From positions 1 through 31,408 of IMG/VR virus record IMGVR_UViG_3300031972_001528: 31,408 nucleotides of DNA; one strand, 5' to 3'. Positions 1-8,587 of the stretch are shown here, in pieces. The notes beneath the pieces are model-generated. The model ran no database searches, was not told the origin of the DNA, and saw only the letters and a program-made list of their open reading frames with translations. A program made the translations under genes and the position numbers. The DNA is from a virus. Taxonomy: Duplodnaviria > Caudoviricetes. The stretch's first letter is position 1; each line of letters begins with the position of its first letter.

Positions 1-2
1 AT

Positions 3-617
3 GGACAAGGTTTAAGAAATGCAAGACCACAAACTTTTACACTTGCTTCTGGTGGCGGTGGTGGAATAGCTGTAGATTTAACTTTACCTGCTCCTTTTTC
101 TTTTAGTACAAATCCTAATAGTATGGTTCCTGAAAATGGAAGTGAGATTAATATAAAAAGAGAAGCACTAATTAATTTAGGAACTGTAGAAATAACTGGA
201 GTTGTAGATAGTGTTTCAGTTACTCCTACTCCTGTAACATCAAGTTTATCTTTAAACAGTGTTACAACTACAACTACTTCAGCCACAGTTTATGCAGTGA
301 CAGTTGCTAATCCTGGATCTGGAAACAAATATTATATAGATGGAGTTCAACAAGATACTTTATCTTTAACAATAGGATCAACATATAAATTTGATCAATC
401 TGATTCTTCAAATGCAACTCACCCATTAAGGTTTTCAACAACAAGTGGTGGAACACATTCTGGTGGAACAGAATATACAACAGGTGTTACTACATCTGGT
501 ACACCTGGATCAACAGGTGCTTACACTCAAATAACTGTTGATGCAAGTGCACCTAGTACGTTATACTATTATTGTACAAATCATTCTGGAATGGGAGGTC
601 AGATTAATATCACATAA
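3..617 (+). CDS. 5'-truncated virion-associated protein with C-terminal cupredoxin-like (plastocyanin/amicyanin-like) domain
   Basis: The frame is open from position 3 (GQGLRNARPQTF...), so ATG 123 is probably internal. A Thr/Ser-rich linker precedes HPLRFS...YYYCTNHSGMGG, a type-1 copper ligand-like pattern. The stop overlaps the next ATG (TAATG). Confidence 0.65.
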   Translation, partial: GQGLRNARPQTFTLASGGGGGIAVDLTLPAPFSFSTNPNSMVPENGSEINIKREALINLGTVEITGVVDSVSVTPTPVTSSLSLNSVTTTTTSATVYAVTVANPGSGNKYYIDGVQQDTLSLTIGSTYKFDQSDSSNATHPLRFSTTSGGTHSGGTEYTTGVTTSGTPGSTGAYTQITVDASAPSTLYYYCTNHSGMGGQINIT

Positions 618-1270
618 TGACATACGCTGAATTAGTACAAAAAATTAGAGATTATACAGAAGTTAGTTCAAATGTTTTAACTGACTCTATTACAAATGAT
701 ATTATTCGAGATGCAGAATTAAGAATAATGAGAGATGTAGATGTTGATGCAAATAAAAGGTATGTAACAGCTGAGGTAATTTCAGGAACAAGATTTATTG
801 ATACACCTATTAATACTTTAGTAATTAGATCAGCCCAAATTGTAGATTCTGATGGAGTAGGTCAAGCTGATAATAGAGAATTTTTACAATGGAGAGATTC
901 TAGCTTTATGTCTGAATTTAATCCAACTAATGCTCAAGGTGTTCCAAAATACTATAGCTGGTGGGATGATGACACAATAGTATTGGCTCCAACTCCAAAT
1001 GCTACTTACACAATTCAATTAAATTATATCTTGAAACCAGAGACTTTATCTAGTACAAATACACAAACATATATTAGTCAACAATTTCCCAATGGCTTAT
1101 TGTATGCATGCTTAGTTGAAGCATTTTCATTCTTAAAGGGGCCAAATGATCTCTTGCAATTATACGAAGGAAAGTATAAACAAGTATTAGAAGGCTTCTC
1201 TATAGAACAAATGGGAAGACGAAGACGTGATGAATATCAAAGTGGTGTTCCTCGTGTCGGTGGTAAATAA
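617..1270 (+). CDS. Probable head-tail adaptor / tail tubular protein A-like structural protein
   Basis: 217 aa with MTYAEL..IRDY start, G.PKYY..W, LAPTP and LLYACLVEA motifs typical of podovirus adaptor proteins; lies in a structural operon. Confidence 0.65.
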   Translation: MTYAELVQKIRDYTEVSSNVLTDSITNDIIRDAELRIMRDVDVDANKRYVTAEVISGTRFIDTPINTLVIRSAQIVDSDGVGQADNREFLQWRDSSFMSEFNPTNAQGVPKYYSWWDDDTIVLAPTPNATYTIQLNYILKPETLSSTNTQTYISQQFPNGLLYACLVEAFSFLKGPNDLLQLYEGKYKQVLEGFSIEQMGRRRRDEYQSGVPRVGGK

Positions 1271-1288
1271 TAATAAGGAGAAAAAACT

Positions 1289-1726
1289 ATGGCTATTACA
1301 CAAGCAATTTGCAATTCTTTCAAAAAAGAACTATTGGAAGGTGAGCATAATTTTGGTACTGGTGACGACAAGTTTAAGATCGCTCTTTATACTTCTTCAG
1401 CTACTCTAAACTCAGCAACAACTGCTTTTACAGCTTCAGGAGAAGTTTCAAATACAGGTCAATACACTTCTGGTGGCGGGTTACTTGTAAATAACGGAAC
1501 TTCTATAACAGCTGGCGTCGCAAGAGTTGATTTCGCAGACAGGTCTTTTACTGGTGTGACATTAACTGCTAGAGGAGCTTTAATCTATAACACTTCTGCA
1601 ACTGCAACTAATGCAGCTGTATGTGCTTTAGATTTTGGAGCAGATAAAACAGCGACTGCAGGTGTTTTCACAATTCAGTTTCCAGCAGCTACATCAACAG
1701 CAGCGATTTTAAGAATCTCTGGTTAG
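1289..1726 (+). CDS. Phage virion structural protein
   Basis: Strong SD (AAGGAG). Ala/Thr/Gly-rich beta-type protein (FKIALYT, ARGALIYN, LDFGADKT) of a kind common in marine phage tail modules. Confidence 0.65.
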   Translation: MAITQAICNSFKKELLEGEHNFGTGDDKFKIALYTSSATLNSATTAFTASGEVSNTGQYTSGGGLLVNNGTSITAGVARVDFADRSFTGVTLTARGALIYNTSATATNAAVCALDFGADKTATAGVFTIQFPAATSTAAILRISG

Positions 1727-1746
1727 TACATAGGAGTTAAAATCCT

Positions 1747-2703
1747 ATGGCATCAGGAACTTGGAATACTGGATTTTGGGGCCAAAACCAATGGAACGAT
1801 TTAGCTGATCCTACGTTTACATTAACAGGGGTAAGTTTATCTGGTGTTATTGGAACGACTACCGAAATTGACGGTGATATAAATACAGGTTGGGGACGTA
1901 TTGAGTGGGGCTTAAATGCCTGGGGTGAACTTGGTACTGTAATTCCAACAGGGATTGCTGCATCTTTTAGTATTGGTACTATTGGTTCTCAAATTGATGT
2001 ATCTCCTGTTCCATTAGGAATGGGAATGACAGGTGCAGTCGGATCTCTATTTATAGATATTGCAAATACAGTTTTTCTTACAGGTAATACATTAACTAGC
2101 ACATTGGCAAATGCTGATGCTGGTCCTGATGCAATGCTTACAACAAATCATGCTTCAGTAAATCTTGGAACCATTGATGCGTATAATCAAACTGGTTGGA
2201 GTAGACAACAATGGAACGTAAACGCATGGGGCGTTGAAGGTCAATACGCAACTGCAACACCAACTGGTATTGCAATGAATGCAAATATTGGAACGTTAAC
2301 CGCAGTAGGAACTGGTGGTGTAATTCTTAATACTTTAAATGTTGCTGCAGCTACATTAGGTGTTGTTGATCCTGCTCCTGATGCTGGAGTAACTGGTAAC
2401 TTTATGATTGGTGCTACCGGTCAATTAGGAATGCAAGGTGATGTTCCACAAGATGTAACTGGTATAGCAATGTCTGCAGGTTTAGGAAGTGTTGTAGTAG
2501 TACCGGGTCAAGAAGTTCCTTTAACAGGATTACCTGGTTTAGCTAGAGTAGCTTCTGTTACACCTATTATTCATGTAGATGTTTTAGTTACAGGAAATGC
2601 CTTGACTATGGCACAAGGTTCTGGTAGTGCTTTAATCTGGAACGAAGTAAACACAGGTACAGCGCCTATAGATCCTCCAGGATGGCAAGAAGTAGCTGCA
2701 TAA
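1747..2703 (+). CDS. Gly/Thr-rich structural (tail-associated) protein with W-x4-W-x4-W repeats
   Basis: 318 aa ORF, SD AGGAG, three Trp-periodic blocks and repeated (V/L)TG-x-x-M/L beta-type units. Confidence 0.6.
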   Translation: MASGTWNTGFWGQNQWNDLADPTFTLTGVSLSGVIGTTTEIDGDINTGWGRIEWGLNAWGELGTVIPTGIAASFSIGTIGSQIDVSPVPLGMGMTGAVGSLFIDIANTVFLTGNTLTSTLANADAGPDAMLTTNHASVNLGTIDAYNQTGWSRQQWNVNAWGVEGQYATATPTGIAMNANIGTLTAVGTGGVILNTLNVAAATLGVVDPAPDAGVTGNFMIGATGQLGMQGDVPQDVTGIAMSAGLGSVVVVPGQEVPLTGLPGLARVASVTPIIHVDVLVTGNALTMAQGSGSALIWNEVNTGTAPIDPPGWQEVAA

Positions 2704-2737
2704 TGAGTTTGACACAAACTCAATTTTTTAGTAAAGT
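2704..2737 (+). promoter_or_regulatory. Sigma70-like promoter (TTGACA-N17-TAAAGT) overlapped by an inverted repeat/terminator-like hairpin
   Basis: TTGACA 2709-2714 and TAAAGT 2732-2737; inverted repeat TGAGTTTG(2704-2711)/CAAACTCA(2715-2722) followed by ATTTTTT. Confidence 0.55.
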
Positions 2738-2761
2738 AAACGCAAATAAGGAATTTAAATT

Positions 2762-3463
2762 ATGGCAAATTCAACATCAGCTAGTTTAAAATTAACAGTT
2801 CAAGCAACTGGGGAAAACTCAGGAACTTGGGGACAAATTACAAATACTAACTTACTAATTCTTGAACAAGCAATTGGTGGTTATGACGCATTTAACGTAA
2901 CTAACGCATCTAGAGCATTAACTTTTACAAATGGTGCTTTATCAAATGGTAAGAATGAAGTTATTAAATTAACAGGAACTTTAGAAGCTAACGTTAATGT
3001 TACTATTCCAGATTCAGTAGAAAAAACTTATCTTGTTGAAGATGCATGTGATCATGCAGGTTACACTTTAACTTTTAAAACTACATCTGGAACAGGTGTA
3101 CTTTTATGTGAAGGTCACACTTACACTTTATATTCTGATGGAACTAATGTTGTAAAAGCAGGTGAACTTAAAAAATGGAGAGCAATCTCTGCAGCAGAAA
3201 CAATTCAAGCAGGCGCTCAAATTTTAGTAAATACAAATGGTGGAGCAGTAACAGTAACTCTTCCTTCATCGCCGTCATTAGGTGATCAAGTAAATTTTGC
3301 AGATCAAGGTTATGATTTTAATACTAACGCATTAACTGTTGGTAGAGCAGGTTCTAATATAGCTAACTCAGCAGCTGATCTTGTAGTTAATACACAAGGT
3401 GCAGCTTTTGGATTAGTGTACTCTGGAGATGCTACAACAGGATGGACTTACACGGAGAAATAA
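2762..3463 (+). CDS. Tail fibre base/anchor-like structural protein
   Basis: N-terminal GENSGTWG.ITNTNL motif and C-terminal VTVTLP.SP..GD.V module common in phage fibre proteins; directly upstream of the collar genes. Confidence 0.6.
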   Translation: MANSTSASLKLTVQATGENSGTWGQITNTNLLILEQAIGGYDAFNVTNASRALTFTNGALSNGKNEVIKLTGTLEANVNVTIPDSVEKTYLVEDACDHAGYTLTFKTTSGTGVLLCEGHTYTLYSDGTNVVKAGELKKWRAISAAETIQAGAQILVNTNGGAVTVTLPSSPSLGDQVNFADQGYDFNTNALTVGRAGSNIANSAADLVVNTQGAAFGLVYSGDATTGWTYTEK

Positions 3464-3464
3464 T

Positions 3465-3878
3465 ATGGCAGCAAATGGAAATTGGACAATAATATTTGAA
3501 GATAAAACAGTAATTAAAAATTTTGCAGAAGGCGCTAATGAAGGTGTTGGATACAAAATTGATGATGATGCTTTTTGGAATCAATCAAAATTTGCAAATA
3601 TTTGGGCTATTCAATATGGTACTTCTAATACTTCTGATGAAGTAGAACATAGAGATGAAACTCCTCATTGTAGTTATGCAGATGCAAACTTAGGGGATAT
3701 TAGTCAATTTAGTAATAGATGGGATGCAGCTCACTTAACTCAATTACAATTAGAATGGGATAATGATATTTTACATATTGAAGATCCGGAAGGACAAGAT
3801 CCACCGGTTTACAGAAACGAAACAGAGGCGGAGAAAATTGCTAGACTAGGCGCAAGACCTACATCATATTCTTCGTAG
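3465..3878 (+). CDS. Acidic hypothetical protein, possible tail fibre assembly chaperone
   Basis: Start reassigned to ATG 3465 (GGAG at 3454-3457, right after the upstream stop). Function inferred from position and acidic composition only. Confidence 0.5.
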   Translation: MAANGNWTIIFEDKTVIKNFAEGANEGVGYKIDDDAFWNQSKFANIWAIQYGTSNTSDEVEHRDETPHCSYADANLGDISQFSNRWDAAHLTQLQLEWDNDILHIEDPEGQDPPVYRNETEAEKIARLGARPTSYSS

Positions 3879-3887
3879 GAGAAAAAA

Positions 3888-4469
3888 ATGGCAAATTACG
3901 AAGCGACTAAATATGATTATTCAGGTGCAAGCCTTACTGGTATTGAAGGAATTCCTACAGCAACTATAGTTCCATGGTCTTCTACTTCTATTCCGTCTGG
4001 ATTTTTAGAATGTAATGGTTCAGCAGTTTCAAGATCAACTTATGCTGCTTTATTTGCGATCGTAGGTACAACTTATGGAGCAGGGGATGGTTCTTCTACT
4101 TTTGCCCTTCCTGATTTAGCTGATAAATGTTGTGTAAGTAAATCTAATAATAAAGGTTTAGCATCAACTGGAGGAGCAGAAACAGTCCAATGTACTGGAA
4201 ACATTGGAGGATCTACAGCCAATGCAACTTTATCAACCCCACAACTTTCTTCTCATGGTCACCCTGCTGCACAGGGTCCTGGTCCTGGTAGCCATTTCAA
4301 TGGTCCAACAGCAGCGTGGAACCTCCAAGCTGGTTCTCAAGGTAATTCAAACAGTGGTGGTGCAGGTTCAGGTGGTGGTCACTCTCACAACATGAGCGCT
4401 AATTTTGTGGGTGATGCAACTTCAGTTGTACAACCTTATTTAACTATTATGTATATTATAAAAACTTAG
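3888..4469 (+). CDS. Tail collar domain fibre protein, copy 1
   Basis: IPSGFLECNGSAVSRSTYAALFAIVGTTYGAGDGSSTFALPDL is a phage tail collar domain; HGH/HSH motifs; C-terminal QPYLTIMYIIKT. Confidence 0.9.
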   Translation: MANYEATKYDYSGASLTGIEGIPTATIVPWSSTSIPSGFLECNGSAVSRSTYAALFAIVGTTYGAGDGSSTFALPDLADKCCVSKSNNKGLASTGGAETVQCTGNIGGSTANATLSTPQLSSHGHPAAQGPGPGSHFNGPTAAWNLQAGSQGNSNSGGAGSGGGHSHNMSANFVGDATSVVQPYLTIMYIIKT

Positions 4470-4477
4470 GATAAATT

Positions 4478-5050
4478 ATGTCAAATTACGAAGCAACAAA
4501 ATATGATTTCGATGCAGCAAACCTTACAGGTATTGAAGGAATTCCTACAGCAACTATAGTGCCGTGGTCTTCTGCATCAGTACCATCTGGATTTTTAGAA
4601 TGTGATGGTGCAGCTGTATCAAGATCAACTTACTCAGCTTTATTTGCAGTCGTGGGTACAACTTATGGGGCAGGGGATGGTTCATCTACTTTTAATGTAC
4701 CAAATTTAGCTGACAATGTTGCAGTAGGTAAATCTAATAATAAAGCTGTAGGATCAACAGGCGGTGCTAATACTGTAGCTAAAACTGGAAACGTTGCAGG
4801 TTCAACAGCTAATGCATCTTTATCAACTCCACAACTTGCTTCTCATAGTCACTCTGGAGGTGTAAGTTACAATTATGCATCGAGACAACACAATCATGCT
4901 CCTCTTGGTCCTGCTGGTGATCAGTCAACAACTTCAAATAATACTGGTAGTGGTAATGCACACTCTCACAACATGAGTGCAAATTTTAGTGGTGATGCAA
5001 CTTCAGTTTTACAACCATACTTAACTGTAATATATATTATAAAAACTTAG
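4478..5050 (+). CDS. Tail collar domain fibre protein, copy 2
   Basis: Paralogue of copy 1 with the same collar domain and C-terminus and a different central segment. Confidence 0.9.
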   Translation: MSNYEATKYDFDAANLTGIEGIPTATIVPWSSASVPSGFLECDGAAVSRSTYSALFAVVGTTYGAGDGSSTFNVPNLADNVAVGKSNNKAVGSTGGANTVAKTGNVAGSTANASLSTPQLASHSHSGGVSYNYASRQHNHAPLGPAGDQSTTSNNTGSGNAHSHNMSANFSGDATSVLQPYLTVIYIIKT

Positions 5051-5058
5051 GATAAATT

Positions 5059-5634
5059 ATGGCAAATTACGAAGCAACAAAATATGATTTCGACGGAGCT
5101 AATTTAACTGATATTGAAGGTATCCCTACAGCAACTATTATACCTTGGTCAGATTCTTCTATACCAACAGGATATTTAGAATGTGATGGTGCAGCTGTAT
5201 CAAGAAGTACTTACGCAGCTTTATTTGCAATCGTAGGTACAACTTATGGAGCAGGAGATGGTTCTTCTACTTTTAACATACCAAATTTAGCTGACAATAT
5301 ACCCGTTGGTAAATCTAATAACAAAGCTGTAGGATCAACAGGTGGTGCAAATACTGTAGCAGCAACTGGAAATGTTGCAGGTTCAACAGCTAACGCAACT
5401 TTATCGACTCCACAACTTGCTTCTCATACTCATGGTAAAGCTAGAGGTGGCGATCCAGGAGTATATTCAAATGATTCGGGAGGTGGCTATACTAGAAGTG
5501 GAGCATCCCCCGGTAACATGGGTAATTCAGGTTCAGGTGGTGGTCATTCTCACAATATGAGTGCAAACTTTAGTGGAGATGCAACGTCAGTTTTACAGCC
5601 TTATTTAACTATTATGTATATTATTAAAACTTAG
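5059..5634 (+). CDS. Tail collar domain fibre protein, copy 3
   Basis: Paralogue of copies 1 and 2 with the same collar domain and C-terminus and a different central segment. Confidence 0.9.
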   Translation: MANYEATKYDFDGANLTDIEGIPTATIIPWSDSSIPTGYLECDGAAVSRSTYAALFAIVGTTYGAGDGSSTFNIPNLADNIPVGKSNNKAVGSTGGANTVAATGNVAGSTANATLSTPQLASHTHGKARGGDPGVYSNDSGGGYTRSGASPGNMGNSGSGGGHSHNMSANFSGDATSVLQPYLTIMYIIKT

Positions 5635-6400
5635 TAATTTCATATTTAAAAGTTAATACCATTCTAAGATCATTATAATCTCTTCTAACATCTCTAGCGC
5701 AATGTTCTATACTTCCGTCAAAAACAACAACACGTCCTGGTTTTGGTATAACACTACGAATAATATCTCCGTCTTTATGGAAGACTGTTTCCCCTGCATT
5801 TTCTATATTCCAAGATTCATTTAAATAATACATAATAGTAATACCTTGATCGGTGTCAGTATGAGATTCATGCACAGTACCATAAGGATTAGCGCTAGCA
5901 TAGACTCTAGAAAGTTTTAAAAATTTATTTAGGTTTAAATTTTTTAATATATTATTTGTTTGTAATTTATATTTTTTTTCTATTTTATTAGAGAAATTTA
6001 ATTTATAATTAAATTTTCTCCATTTTTCATCATTATTGCCAGAACCTATAAAACCCCATTTTACAATGTCTCTAAAATAGAAATAACTTTCTAATACGTC
6101 TTTTCTATCAAAAATATTATCAATCACATTAATGTAATCATTAGACATTACAACAGCCATATAAATTACATTTTTTTGTTGCGATAATATTAATTTCTCT
6201 GCTTTTTCACCTATTAATTTTTTAATTATATTTCTATCGGTTTCAATTTTATCTAAGTAAATATTATGAAATAAACCTGCAAAACATGTGTCTTCATTAC
6301 AATTCCATTTTCTTAAAAGATTATATACATTTAGTAAATGTTGAAATTTTAATGTTTTTTTACTTATTAAATAATTTATACATTTTAAATATTTATTCAT
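5624..6400 (-). CDS. 2OG-Fe(II) dioxygenase with an N-terminal helical HD-like (DUF6817-like) domain
   Basis: C-terminal HTD...YYLNESW..AGET.F...PKPGRVVVFDG.IEH...R motif set; N-terminal HL.NV..LL.KW...CFAGLFHNIY. Confidence 0.8.
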   Translation of the reverse strand: MNKYLKCINYLISKKTLKFQHLLNVYNLLRKWNCNEDTCFAGLFHNIYLDKIETDRNIIKKLIGEKAEKLILSQQKNVIYMAVVMSNDYINVIDNIFDRKDVLESYFYFRDIVKWGFIGSGNNDEKWRKFNYKLNFSNKIEKKYKLQTNNILKNLNLNKFLKLSRVYASANPYGTVHESHTDTDQGITIMYYLNESWNIENAGETVFHKDGDIIRSVIPKPGRVVVFDGSIEHCARDVRRDYNDLRMVLTFKYEITKF

Positions 6401-6404
6401 TAAA

Positions 6405-7001
6405 TTATCTCAACAACATCCAAGAAGTTAAAATATATTTTTCACCCGATAGTGGTGGATTACCTCTGTGTAAGTATGGAAACCCTGCAGGCCAAATAAC
6501 TATTCTACCTTTTTTGGGTTTTACTCTTTTTGAAAAATGTAGAAATTCTGTTTCACCACCTTCTTCAACATCATTTAAATATATAGAAAATACAAAAGCT
6601 CTTGGTTCCATATCAAAACCTTGACCATGTTCAATATGCCAAACATGATAACCTTCTGTAGGTAAAGTTTTTTGAATTTTTACACAAGTAAAATGAAAAG
6701 GTTTATCTGAATAAGCATGGTCAGCTCCTGTGTTATTAACGTAATGATTCCAGGCTAAATCAAAATTTACTAATATGGGTTTTAATTGTTCCCACCATAA
6801 ATTTAAATTATTTGCTCCTGCAAAAAATTGTTGATCTTGTTTGTTTAATGTAGACGCTTTTTCAAAAGCTATTCTATTTACGGTGCGATTAAATTTATCT
6901 TGTTCTTCATAAAATTTAATAGCATTATTGCATTCTTGTTCAGGTATGTAATTATCGTACACGCCTATAAAATTATTTATATTAACTGTTTTTTGATCCA
7001 C
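6405..7001 (-). CDS. 2OG-Fe(II) dioxygenase (prolyl 4-hydroxylase-like, HxE variant)
   Basis: YHVWHIE...YLNDVEEGGETEF...PKKGRIVIWPAGFPYLHRG...KY. Confidence 0.9.
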   Translation of the reverse strand: MDQKTVNINNFIGVYDNYIPEQECNNAIKFYEEQDKFNRTVNRIAFEKASTLNKQDQQFFAGANNLNLWWEQLKPILVNFDLAWNHYVNNTGADHAYSDKPFHFTCVKIQKTLPTEGYHVWHIEHGQGFDMEPRAFVFSIYLNDVEEGGETEFLHFSKRVKPKKGRIVIWPAGFPYLHRGNPPLSGEKYILTSWMLLR

Positions 7002-7537
7002 TGTAGATCTCCTTCCGATTTTGTGTTTTTTGTTATTTTAAAATAATTGTCATATCCATGGTGTGGAAAATGTCCGTTTTTATCTACGTAATGAAAAAAA
7101 ACTTGAGCCATACCATTACCTTTATATACACCCGGTCTCCAATGTTTTTCAAAAACTCCGTTATATAAAATAGCATCTCCTTCATTTAATTCAAATTCTT
7201 TACCTTCAACAACAATAGGCCAGTTATCATATTTTTTAATACATGCAGTAATAGATATTTCACATGAAGGTCTGTCTAGATGTTGTTTTAAATTTGCGCC
7301 AAATATATAATATCTCCAATATGCATAAGTTGGAATTAGATTTAAGTTAGATTTTTTTTCTACTAGAGGTAATTTAATATCTAAAAAAGAAGTCATTAAT
7401 GGATCTTCGTACCATGCGGGAGAAAAAGATTGACCATCTAATTGATGGTCTTTATTTAAATCTAATTTATTATGACAATATTTTTTAAGAATACTTAATT
7501 CTTCTTTATTAAAAAATTTTTTAATTATTCTAGCCAT
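6977..7537 (-). CDS. 2OG-Fe(II) dioxygenase (marine phage type)
   Basis: HLDRPSCEIS...LNEGDAILYNG...HWR...QVFFHYV. Confidence 0.85.
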   Translation of the reverse strand: MARIIKKFFNKEELSILKKYCHNKLDLNKDHQLDGQSFSPAWYEDPLMTSFLDIKLPLVEKKSNLNLIPTYAYWRYYIFGANLKQHLDRPSCEISITACIKKYDNWPIVVEGKEFELNEGDAILYNGVFEKHWRPGVYKGNGMAQVFFHYVDKNGHFPHHGYDNYFKITKNTKSEGDLQWIKKQLI

Positions 7538-8088
7538 GCAACTATACTATACCTTGTTCCTTTCGTAATTGGTTCTATACAATGTGGATACATAAAATTA
7601 CTTGGAAAAAATACAATAGAACCTTTACCGAGTTTTAATCTTTTAATTTCTTTTTCTTTTTGATCTGCAAAAATTAAATCTCCTCCTTCATAATCATTAT
7701 TTAAATTAATTATAACACTTAAAGTTCTATGAAAACCTGTAGAATTATCTGTGTGGAAATCATACTTTTCACCAGCGCTATACTTCAATAAATCTATTTG
7801 ATTTAATTTAGAACTCTCCATTTTTGGAAATTTAATTTTGTAAAAACTATATAGTCTTTCTATTTCTTGTTTTATAAAATTCCAATAAAAAAGATCTGTA
7901 GGAAATTTTTCAGTGTTTAAATGATAACCTTTTACGTTTCTTATATGTTTATTTAGTCCACCTTTTGTATTCATATTTTTTTTAGCTTTATGTTTTATAA
8001 AAGGTGTCAATCTATCTATAAATTCTTTATCTATAATGTTTTTTAATTCAACAACTGCTTCCAAATGATCTTTCATTTTAAAACTCAT
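7525..8088 (-). CDS. 2OG-Fe(II) dioxygenase (prolyl 4-hydroxylase-like)
   Basis: KY...HTD...LNNDYEGGDL.F...FPSNFMYPHCIEPITKGTRYSIVAW. Confidence 0.9.
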   Translation of the reverse strand: MSFKMKDHLEAVVELKNIIDKEFIDRLTPFIKHKAKKNMNTKGGLNKHIRNVKGYHLNTEKFPTDLFYWNFIKQEIERLYSFYKIKFPKMESSKLNQIDLLKYSAGEKYDFHTDNSTGFHRTLSVIINLNNDYEGGDLIFADQKEKEIKRLKLGKGSIVFFPSNFMYPHCIEPITKGTRYSIVAWLE

Positions 8089-8587
8089 ATTCTTCTATAA
8101 ACAAAGTTGCAGTGTATCTTTTTAAATTTTCTATATCACTTTTGTGTGCACAGTGCAGACGATCAGAAGGGAATAAAACTGCTCTATTTGGTCTAAACCC
8201 CACATGAATATCTAACTCGTTTTCTGTAAAAAAACAAGTACCTGTTGTAACACCAATTGGACCATCCAACATAATTAAAATATTATATTTTATACCGTAA
8301 AAATTATCTGTATGAGGATAAAATTTATCTAAATTTCTTAAATCAATACCACAAAACGGATATATTTTTTTAATTTTAAAACTGAATTTTTTTTCAGCTT
8401 GTTTAATAAAGATATCAAGAAGTTTTTTATCCTCGTTTAATATAAACCTATTTCCATAAAAAGTTTCTTTTGTTTTTTTTGTAGCATTTTCAAAATACTG
8501 TGGAGTAAAAACTAGATTTTTTTTAATATGATTAACAATCATATTTAGTTTTTCTTCTTCAAAAAAGTTATCAATTATTTTTATCAT
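8078..8587 (-). CDS. 2OG-Fe(II) dioxygenase
   Basis: PHTD...GT.FF...FRPNRAVLFPSDRLHC...RYT. Confidence 0.8.
   Translation of the reverse strand: MIKIIDNFFEEEKLNMIVNHIKKNLVFTPQYFENATKKTKETFYGNRFILNEDKKLLDIFIKQAEKKFSFKIKKIYPFCGIDLRNLDKFYPHTDNFYGIKYNILIMLDGPIGVTTGTCFFTENELDIHVGFRPNRAVLFPSDRLHCAHKSDIENLKRYTATLFIEEYEF

Larger units (their letters stand above)
3888..5634 (+). repeat. Tandem gene triplication (units of about 580-590 bp)
   Basis: Both junctions read AAAAACTTAGGATAAATTATG (4460-4480, 5041-5061); high nucleotide similarity outside the tip segments. Confidence 0.9.

Noticed and set aside
123-125. ATG 123 as start of the first gene
   Set aside because: The frame is open back to position 3 and there is no SD; the gene probably starts outside the window.
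3429-3464. Upstream starts at 3429 (and 11072) given by the ORF track
   Set aside because: They overlap the upstream genes; ATG 3465 has an SD and ATG 11123 is stop-coupled.
3888-5634. Diversity-generating retroelement or shufflon acting on the fibre repeats
   Set aside because: No reverse transcriptase or invertase in the window. All three copies are intact same-strand genes with their own starts, and the differences are whole-segment replacements rather than adenine-specific changes.
3888-5634. CRISPR-like or mini-array reading of conserved/variable alternation
   Set aside because: The units are ~580-bp protein-coding genes, not short repeats with spacers; no cas genes.
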